DNA of 32,000 nucleotides from Flavobacterium agricola (GTDB lineage Bacteria; Bacteroidota; Bacteroidia; Flavobacteriales; Flavobacteriaceae): NCBI RefSeq assembly GCF_025919725.1, contig NZ_CP081495.1, positions 391,166 to 423,165 of the forward strand, read 5' to 3'. Shown piece by piece: positions 26,257 to 32,000 of this stretch (position 1 is its first letter; each line of letters starts with the position of its first letter). The notes under the pieces were generated by a model. It saw only the letters and a program-made list of their open reading frames with translations, ran no database searches and was not told where the DNA came from. The position numbers and the translations under genes were made by a program.

Positions 26257-27729
26257 ATGAAAGCACACACAACAAAAATCATCGGAGAAGGTCTAACATA
26301 CGATGATGTTCTTTTAATTCCAAATTATTCCGAAGTACTTCCACGCGAAGTTTCCACACAAACTAAATTCTCAAAAAACATTACTTTAAACGTTCCTATT
26401 GTTTCTGCAGCAATGGATACGGTAACAGAAAGTGCAATGGCAATTGCTATGGCGCAAGAAGGTGGTATTGGTGTTTTACATAAAAATATGACAATTGAGC
26501 AGCAAGCTGCAGAAGTTAGAAAAGTAAAACGTGCCGAAGCAGGAATGATTATGGATCCGGTAACTTTAAGTTTACACCATAAAGTAGGTGATGCAAAAAA
26601 TGCAATGAAAGAACATAGCATCGGCGGAATTCCTGTTGTAGACGAAAATAATATTTTAAAAGGGATCGTTACCAATCGTGATTTACGATTCGAAAAAAAT
26701 AACGAACGTGCCATAACAGAAGTTATGACTACGCAAAATTTGGTTACTGCGCCACAAGGAACAACTTTAGCGCAAGCCGAAGAAATTCTTCAAAAAAATA
26801 AAATCGAAAAATTACCAGTAATTGATGCAAACAACAAATTAGTTGGCTTAATTACGTTTCGTGACATTACTAAAATCACACAAAAACCAAACGCCAACAA
26901 AGATTCATTTGGTAGATTACGTGTAGCTGCAGCATTGGGTGTAACAGCTGATGCGGTAGAACGTGCCGAAGCTTTGGTTAACGCTGGTGTTGATGCAGTA
27001 ATTATTGATACGGCTCACGGACATACAAAAGGCGTGGTAGATGTACTTAAAAAAGTAAAAGCTGCTTTTCCTAGTTTAGATGTGGTGGTTGGTAATATTG
27101 CTACGCCAGAAGCTGCCTTGTATTTAGCAGAAAGTGGAGCTGATGCGGTAAAAGTAGGAATAGGACCAGGTTCTATTTGTACTACTCGCGTTGTTGCTGG
27201 GGTTGGTTTTCCTCAGTTTTCTGCAGTTTTAGAAGTTGCAGCAGCTTTAAAAGGTACTGGAGTTCCTGTAATTGCTGATGGTGGTGTACGTTATACCGGT
27301 GATATTCCTAAAGCGATTGCTGCCGGAGCAGATTCTGTTATGTTAGGATCTATGTTAGCAGGAACAAAAGAATCGCCAGGTGAGACTATTATTTACGAAG
27401 GACGTAAATTTAAATCTTATCGCGGGATGGGTTCTGTAGAAGCGATGCAACACGGTTCTAAAGACAGATATTTTCAAGATGTTGAAGATGATGTTAAAAA
27501 ATTGGTTCCAGAAGGAATTGTTGGTCGCGTAGCATATAAAGGCGAATTAAACGAATCTATGTTACAATTTATAGGTGGTTTACGTGCCGGAATGGGGTAT
27601 TGCGGTTCTGCATCTATTCAAGAACTACAAGAAAAAGGACGATTTGTTCGCATTACAACAAGTGGAATTAACGAATCTCACCCTCATGATGTTACTATAA
27701 CAAAAGAAGCACCAAACTATTCAAGATAA
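26257..27729 (+). CDS. guaB: IMP dehydrogenase
   Basis: Canonical IMPDH sequence: [10 protein letters not shown], tandem CBS insert, catalytic loop [11 protein letters not shown] and [11 protein letters not shown]. Confidence 0.95.
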   Translation: MKAHTTKIIGEGLTYDDVLLIPNYSEVLPREVSTQTKFSKNITLNVPIVSAAMDTVTESAMAIAMAQEGGIGVLHKNMTIEQQAAEVRKVKRAEAGMIMDPVTLSLHHKVGDAKNAMKEHSIGGIPVVDENNILKGIVTNRDLRFEKNNERAITEVMTTQNLVTAPQGTTLAQAEEILQKNKIEKLPVIDANNKLVGLITFRDITKITQKPNANKDSFGRLRVAAALGVTADAVERAEALVNAGVDAVIIDTAHGHTKGVVDVLKKVKAAFPSLDVVVGNIATPEAALYLAESGADAVKVGIGPGSICTTRVVAGVGFPQFSAVLEVAAALKGTGVPVIADGGVRYTGDIPKAIAAGADSVMLGSMLAGTKESPGETIIYEGRKFKSYRGMGSVEAMQHGSKDRYFQDVEDDVKKLVPEGIVGRVAYKGELNESMLQFIGGLRAGMGYCGSASIQELQEKGRFVRITTSGINESHPHDVTITKEAPNYSR

Positions 27730-27730
27730 T

Positions 27731-27761
27731 AAAAAAGCTACCCAAGGGTAGCTTTTTTTTT
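27731..27761 (+). terminator. guaB Rho-independent terminator
   Basis: A6, then agctacc-caag-ggtagct, then T9. Confidence 0.75.
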
Positions 27762-27782
27762 CTTTCTTTCTTTCTTTCTTTC
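27759..27782. repeat. Tetranucleotide microsatellite (TTTC)6
   Basis: Read directly from the sequence. The paralogous copy at 28921-28928 has only 2 units. Confidence 0.95.
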
Positions 27783-27803
27783 TGTTTTTGTATACCTAAT
27801 AAC

Positions 27804-28655
27804 CTAAATAAATAAATAAATAAATGTATTTGCTGAAAGATACTCATCTTCTGTATTTACACTAATAGGAGTGCCTGAGCCGCCGGTTGAAACAGAAAAC
27901 GTATGTGTATGAGCTCCAGCGCTATTAATTGTAAATGCAGAGTTAACTAGGCTAGTAGTTGCCCAAGTTTGCCCACCAGATGAAAATCCTGAAGAATTCA
28001 CAGCTCCAGTAGTATAATTATTGTTAGTTGTAGTGTGTGTATGAGCACCGTTAGAACTTGTAGTACCTGACATGGTAAAATTAGGAATATTTGCTCTGGT
28101 TATACTTATAGATTTCGCAGTACTATTGCCTCCTACTGTATTTACTTCTTTACTACTAACTTGTTTAATTACTCTTCCGTTAGCGTTTGGTAAATTAGTT
28201 GTAAAACCAAGTAAGTTGGCATTGTTTTTTGATACATTAGTTAAAGTACTTATTTGGCGTCCATCAAGCAAATACCAACCGTCGTGATCTATTTTTAAAG
28301 CACTATATTTAATGTCACCTAAATTAAATTTAGAACTTGTTTGTGTTAGTTTTTGCCAAACATTTCCATCAAAAAAATAATAGCCATTTTCGTTAATATG
28401 AATTGCTTTTCCTATTTGTTCTCCACTTAGAGCATCAGATACATAAACTAATGTTGATGTACTAATATTTTCCATATTTTGTGCTCTTTCTCTATCTACT
28501 CTAGGAATTAAAATACCATCAACTTGACTGCTTGATCCAGTTGGATTTATTGCTTGAATATCTAAAGTTGCTTTTGGGGTTGTAGTTACTATACCCACCT
28601 GAGAATACGTTGTTAAACTAAATAAGCAACAACATAAAATAATCATTTTTTTCAT
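27804..28655 (-). CDS. Secreted phage-tail-collar-domain (MdpB-like) protein with a Bacteroidetes fibre-type N-terminal module
   Basis: Signal peptide, then VGIVTTTPKATLDI...DGILIPRV...GYYFFDGNVWQKL. The tail-collar-like core is GDIKYSALKIDHDGWYLLDGRQIS...LLGFTTNLPNANGR, followed by two GAHTHT motifs. The C-terminal FIYLFI is encoded by the (AAAT)5 tract. Confidence 0.7.
   Translation of the reverse strand: MKKMIILCCCLFSLTTYSQVGIVTTTPKATLDIQAINPTGSSSQVDGILIPRVDRERAQNMENISTSTLVYVSDALSGEQIGKAIHINENGYYFFDGNVWQKLTQTSSKFNLGDIKYSALKIDHDGWYLLDGRQISTLTNVSKNNANLLGFTTNLPNANGRVIKQVSSKEVNTVGGNSTAKSISITRANIPNFTMSGTTSSNGAHTHTTTNNNYTTGAVNSSGFSSGGQTWATTSLVNSAFTINSAGAHTHTFSVSTGGSGTPISVNTEDEYLSANTFIYLFI
27806..27825. 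repeat. Tetranucleotide microsatellite (AAAT)5
   Basis: Read directly from the sequence. It encodes the last 6 residues and overlaps the stop codon of the minus-strand tail-collar-like gene. Confidence 0.95.
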
Positions 28656-28804
28656 AAAATCATTTTTTTATGTACAACGGCATTTCGTTTTTTTTATTAT
28701 GTTATATGCTGTATTGTTTTTTTAAGTTTTTTTTAAATATTTATTAAATAAATAACGTTTTTTGAATTTTGTTAGGATTACTTTTTTACCAGCTATAAGA
28801 AAAT

Positions 28805-28888
28805 GTCCGCATTACAACAAGCGGAATTAAAGAATCTCACCCTCATGATGTTACTATAACAAAAGAAGCACCAAATTATTCAAGATAA
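28805..28888 (+). pseudogene. Orphan guaB 3'-terminal fragment (27 codons plus stop); no start and no upstream guaB sequence
   Basis: Translates to [27 protein letters not shown]-stop in the guaB frame, compared with ...GINES... in the intact gene. Confidence 0.85.
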
Positions 28889-28938
28889 TAAAAAAGCTAC
28901 CCAAGGGTAGCTTTTTTTAATTTCTTTCTGTTTTTGTA
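28805..28938 (+). repeat. Direct repeat copy B of the guaB 3' end and terminator
   Basis: See copy A. It contains a second terminator hairpin (28890-28918) and overlaps the last 14 codons of the EamA-family gene. Confidence 0.9.
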
Positions 28939-29802
28939 GGCATCTCCAATTATATTTAAGGTTACACCCAATATAATACAACTAATTCCTAAAGCTAGGT
29001 TTAACGAGAAAAATTCATCAAACAACAATACGCTAATGCTAACGGCAACAACCGGCTCAAAAGCCCCTAAAATAGATGTTGCGGTAGAACCAATATATTT
29101 AATAGCAAAAACAAGAGCTAAGCTAGAAATTACAGTAGTAACTAAAGCAAATAAAGCCAAGTTTAAACCTAAAGAAAATGTTGGAATTTCAAAGTTTTTA
29201 TTGCTGTCGGTTAGTAATTTTACGGCATAATATACGCTTGTAAATAAAAAAGAATAAAAGGTTAAAACCAATCCGTTTAAGTTTTTTACGTTTGATTTAC
29301 TTACCGTAACAATGTACAACGCATAACCTAAAGCGCTTATAAAAATAATAAATAAGCCAATGCCATTTATGGCAAACTTACCATTTTGTAAACTAAGTAA
29401 AAGTACGCCAATAAGTGTAAAAACAATGGCAAATATTGAAGTGCTGTTTAATTTTTCTTTAAAAACCAAAGCCATTATTATAGCAACCAATAACGGATAA
29501 ATAAATAATAAGGTTGATGCAACCCCTGCATTTAAATAATCGTAAGCTAAAAATAACGAATCTGATGATATGCCGTAAAACATACCTAACACAGCCAAAG
29601 TTAAAATTTGGTTTCGTTCAATATTAAACGATTTTTGTTTCAATAACAAATAACTTCCTAGTAAAAGTGCAGCAAAAGCAAACCGATAAAATAACGTGGT
29701 ATCAATACCAAACCCCGCTTTTTTTATAGGTAAAACAAAAAGCGGAATTAATCCGTACGAAACGGAAGATAATAGCCCTAAAAAATAACCTTTAAACCTC
29801 AT
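28897..29802 (-). CDS. EamA/RarD-like DMT-superfamily transporter
   Basis: About 10 TM helices in two EamA-like halves, 301 aa, with a basic C-terminal tail (KNRKKLKKATLG). Confidence 0.85.
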   Translation of the reverse strand: MRFKGYFLGLLSSVSYGLIPLFVLPIKKAGFGIDTTLFYRFAFAALLLGSYLLLKQKSFNIERNQILTLAVLGMFYGISSDSLFLAYDYLNAGVASTLLFIYPLLVAIIMALVFKEKLNSTSIFAIVFTLIGVLLLSLQNGKFAINGIGLFIIFISALGYALYIVTVSKSNVKNLNGLVLTFYSFLFTSVYYAVKLLTDSNKNFEIPTFSLGLNLALFALVTTVISSLALVFAIKYIGSTATSILGAFEPVVAVSISVLLFDEFFSLNLALGISCIILGVTLNIIGDAYKNRKKLKKATLG

Positions 29803-29955
29803 AATAATTCAATTCTAAATCAGGAACGTTTAAATTGCAATTATCATATAACGTTTAACACGATTGCTGCAATTTTTGGCAAAAGTAACTTTTATCTGTT
29901 AATAATTCGATAAATATTGATGGGATAAAACCATTCATTTTTCTAACTTTGTGAT

Positions 29956-30132
29956 ATGAAAAAATTATATTGGCCTATTTTATTTGTTGTAATGATTTGG
30001 GCGCTTATGGACCAAGCTTCAGAAAATCCGAATAAAATTTTACAAATAGTTGTAGTTGTCATATTTTTTTATGCCATGATGAAATTAATGGCTAAAACAC
30101 CTAATAATAAAAATAAAGAAAATGAATTTTGA
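29956..30132 (+). CDS. Possible small two-TM membrane protein (58 aa), below the ORF-track size cutoff
   Basis: ATG at 29956 with two hydrophobic segments (YWPILFVVMIWALM and ILQIVVVVIFFYAMM). Its stop overlaps the start of the Smr gene by 11 nt. An exact TAnnTTTG box (29944-29951) ends only 5 nt before the ATG, so the mRNA would be nearly leaderless, or the real start is a later Met. Confidence 0.4.
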   Translation: MKKLYWPILFVVMIWALMDQASENPNKILQIVVVVIFFYAMMKLMAKTPNNKNKENEF

Positions 30133-30664
30133 AAAAGGAGATAAAGTTGCTGTTTTAGATGATGATATTACGGGCTTTGTAACCGGAATTAAAAAAGATA
30201 AAATAGTTGTAAATGTTGATGATTTTGAGTTGGAATTTAATACTTCAGAATTAATTAAAATTGCTGATGAACCTGCGCGTTTTTTTGCTAACGTTTCGGT
30301 GCAACAAGTTTTAGCCGAAAAAGCAGATCCAAAAAGAAAACATGTTGTAAAAGATAAAGCATCAAAAAAAGAACCTTTTTCTATTCCTTACGATTTACAT
30401 ATCGAAAAATTAGTTAAAGATTTTTCACGAATGAGCAATCATGATATTTTGACCATACAATTAGATACCGCGCGCCATCATTTAGAACATGCTATTCGAA
30501 ACAGAATTCCGCGTATTGTTTTAATTCACGGCGTAGGTGAAGGGGTTTTAAAAACCGAGCTTGATTTTATGCTAAGCCGTTATAATAATGTAACTTTTGA
30601 AGATGCTAACTATCAGAAATATGGCATCGGAGCAACACAAGTTTACATTAAACAAAATGTATAA
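30122..30664 (+). CDS. Smr (MutS2-related small) domain protein
   Basis: C-terminal Smr-like signature: YDLHIEKL...ARHHLEHAIRNRIPRIVLIHGVGEGVLKTEL...GIGATQVYI. Confidence 0.8.
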   Translation: MNFEKGDKVAVLDDDITGFVTGIKKDKIVVNVDDFELEFNTSELIKIADEPARFFANVSVQQVLAEKADPKRKHVVKDKASKKEPFSIPYDLHIEKLVKDFSRMSNHDILTIQLDTARHHLEHAIRNRIPRIVLIHGVGEGVLKTELDFMLSRYNNVTFEDANYQKYGIGATQVYIKQNV

Positions 30665-30674
30665 ATTAAAAAAA

Positions 30675-30706
30675 CACCTCAAAAAATATTTTTTGAGATG
30701 TTTTTT
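30675..30706. terminator. AT-rich bidirectional hairpin terminator
   Basis: cacctcaaaa...ttttgagatg imperfect inverted repeat followed by T6, between convergent genes. Confidence 0.45.
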
Positions 30707-30730
30707 ATTATAAATAGGAAAAATTTGGGG

Positions 30731-32000
30731 TTAAATTTTCTGAACAAGTAAATTTGTTCCTGCTTTTAAAATTTTGCCGTTAGAACTTGCATTGTCTAAA
30801 CGCACATATAAACTATAAACATCGTATATGTTTGTAATGTTTATAATTCTTGATAAAGTGACGGTTTTTATTTCATCTTTAGAAATAGAAGTTTTTACAG
30901 AACAATCATCAACTTTGTTTGTATATTTTCCTAAAAAAAACTCTAATCTACCGTTGTTTCCTTTGGTTCCTTCTAATGTAATGGTGTACGTAACTAAGTA
31001 ATTTCCTGGTGTTTTTACTCTAAATCCATTTTCGAAAGGTTCAATACCAAGGTTTACTTTGTTTGTAAAATTTATTTTATATAAGGATGCATCATTAACT
31101 GCAAATTCATCACTTGATAAAGTAAAATCACCTATCGTTTTTTCTAAATTTTGCCATGAAGCTTTTCCGTTTGCATCAGAAGTAAGTACTTTTCCAGCAC
31201 CTTGCGATCCATCAACTATTTTAATTGTTCCTGCAACATGTAATTTTTCATCCGGTTTACTTGTACCAATTCCAATTTTAGTACTTTCCTTGTTGTTTCC
31301 AATAACGATAGCATTGTCTTGATCAGTTGTTGCATTAAAACCAATAGCTGTAGATTGATGATTGTTTGCTTGCGCATTATTTCCAATCGCTAATGAATTT
31401 AATGCTTGCGCTTTAGCTTCTTGTCCAATAGCTAATGAATTATCTCCTTTTGCGTAAGCTTTATTTCCTATGGCATATGCTTGATATCCGATTGAATTTG
31501 TTTCGTTCCCGATTGCCATACCTGAACTACCTGTTGTGCTAGAATTGTTACCAAAAACCAATGCATTATTTGCTGTAACTTGGTTTTTATTTCCTACAGC
31601 AATTGCTTGTTGTCCGCTTGCAGAAGATTCATTACCAAGTGTATAAGCATTATTGTTGCTTGCATTTGAACCTTTACCGATAGCGTACGATTGATAACCA
31701 CTTGCATTAGCTTGGTTACCAATAGCAAACGTATCGTTGCTTCTAGCTTTGGCTAAGTAGCCAATAGCGTAACTTATATAACCACTTGCTTGCGCTTCTT
31801 TACCAATGGCGTAAGATTCATTTGCACTTGTAATTGCTTTATGACCTAAAGCGTAGGAATATTGAGTTTTAGCTTGTGCTTCAGACCCAATAGCAAATGC
31901 ATGGTTGGTATTTGTTTTGGCCGCATAGCCGATAGCTACAGAATGCATTCCTTCGGTTTGAGATTCAAACCCTAAATTTATAGTGCCGTGTACTCCAAAT
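30731..32000 (-). CDS. Large surface fibre/adhesin, C-terminal part: YadA-head-like 14-residue repeats, a Bacteroidetes fibre linker and a C1q/TNF-like C-terminal domain. The 5' end lies outside the window.
   Basis: The frame stays open to nt 32000 upstream of the tracked Met (…FGVHGTINLGFESQTEG-MHSVAIG). At least 16 repeats of xxAIGxxAxAxxxx occur with an exact 14-aa period. These are followed by IGIGTSKPDEKLHVAGTIKIVDGSQGAGKVLTSDANGKASWQNL and then a roughly 135-aa jelly-roll-like tail (FENGFRVKTPGNYLVTYTI...GTNLLVQKI). Confidence 0.75.
   Translation of the reverse strand, partial: FGVHGTINLGFESQTEGMHSVAIGYAAKTNTNHAFAIGSEAQAKTQYSYALGHKAITSANESYAIGKEAQASGYISYAIGYLAKARSNDTFAIGNQANASGYQSYAIGKGSNASNNNAYTLGNESSASGQQAIAVGNKNQVTANNALVFGNNSSTTGSSGMAIGNETNSIGYQAYAIGNKAYAKGDNSLAIGQEAKAQALNSLAIGNNAQANNHQSTAIGFNATTDQDNAIVIGNNKESTKIGIGTSKPDEKLHVAGTIKIVDGSQGAGKVLTSDANGKASWQNLEKTIGDFTLSSDEFAVNDASLYKINFTNKVNLGIEPFENGFRVKTPGNYLVTYTITLEGTKGNNGRLEFFLGKYTNKVDDCSVKTSISKDEIKTVTLSRIINITNIYDVYSLYVRLDNASSNGKILKAGTNLLVQKI
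31290..32000 (-). repeat. 42-nt-period coding repeat array inside the adhesin gene
   Basis: The Gly of the AIG motif recurs at residues 7+14k (k=0..15) of the tracked ORF and in the open frame upstream of it. Confidence 0.7.

Larger units (their letters stand above)
27646..27792 (+). repeat. Direct repeat copy A: last 27 codons of guaB, the terminator and a T/TTTC tract
   Basis: Aligns with 28805-28938 at a constant offset of 1159 nt, with 4 mismatches in the first 107 nt. After that only the T-run and (TTTC)n lengths differ, and both copies end in ctgtttttgta. Confidence 0.9.

Noticed and set aside
27793-28804. The inserted segment as a complete mobile element (IS, MITE or integrative element).
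   Set aside because: It has no transposase or integrase and no terminal inverted repeats that I can see. Its only ORF is a tail-collar-like structural or secreted protein. I therefore report it as a repeat-flanked insertion, not as a defined mobile element.
114-31322. Many 60-130-aa ORFs in the track lie antisense to, or out of frame within, larger genes. Examples: 114-314(-), 1263-1559(-), 3287-3493(-), 3881-4099(+), 3966-4169(-), 4587-4985(+), 6387-6662(-), 7124-7351(+), 10064-10276(-), 13275-13526(+), 15051-15254(-), 15887-16072(-), 19433-19642(-), 19990-20226(-), 20387-20569(-), 20846-21043(-), 22515-22706(-), 23340-23603(+), 24763-24996(-), 26325-26714(-), 28072-28287(+), 29036-29230(+), 31059-31322(+).
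   Set aside because: Each is fully or almost fully embedded in a longer ORF with clear family motifs. Their products are low-complexity or oddly composed and have no recognisable motifs. They behave like shadow ORFs.
31290-32000. A regularly spaced DNA repeat that could superficially suggest a CRISPR-like array.
   Set aside because: The period is 42 nt with no unique spacers and it lies in an open reading frame. It encodes the 14-residue AIG repeats of the adhesin. No cas genes are present.

Overview
The window looks like a chromosomal segment of a low-GC Bacteroidota genome, probably class Flavobacteriia. The supporting signs are AT-rich codon usage, several exact TAnnTTTG -7 promoter boxes, a propeller/Y_Y_Y sensor kinase and Bacteroidetes-style secreted fibre/adhesin proteins. 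All family names come from motif recognition by eye; no database search was run.

Most of the window is ordinary, tightly packed housekeeping and transport genes:
- RND efflux pump permease (5' truncated by the window edge) followed by a TolC-like outer membrane factor
- YidR/DUF3748-like protein, a Na/Pi cotransporter-family protein and a DUF2891-like lipoprotein
- TonB-dependent receptor, divergent from a MocR/GntR regulator
- Fur-family regulator plus P1B heavy-metal ATPase operon
- LytTR response regulator plus a 989-aa propeller/Y_Y_Y/LytS-type kinase
- beta-carbonic anhydrase and a LolD/MacB-like ABC ATPase
- pyrD, HMG-CoA lyase, guaB, an EamA/DMT transporter and an Smr-domain protein

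I found no CRISPR array, rRNA, tRNA, transposase or integrase.

Points worth a second look:
1. A 1159-bp-offset direct duplication of the guaB 3' end plus its terminator brackets a single secreted tail-collar-like gene. All four substitutions between the two copies fall on guaB third-codon positions.
2. A terminator-bounded NERD nuclease fused to an SF1 helicase is a candidate single-gene nucleic-acid defence. It is followed by a DUF1232 membrane protein and a small tandem Cx2C...C...H protein.
3. Two genes, a PPP-family phosphatase and ogt, are each interrupted at an A-run that is immediately followed by a 0-frame stop, with the reading frame continuing in -1.
4. Two tetranucleotide microsatellites lie next to the duplication.
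5. A partial adhesin combines YadA-head-like 14-aa repeats with a C1q-like C-terminus.

I cannot demonstrate a clear multi-gene novel system from sequence alone. Items 1 and 2 are the best candidates.
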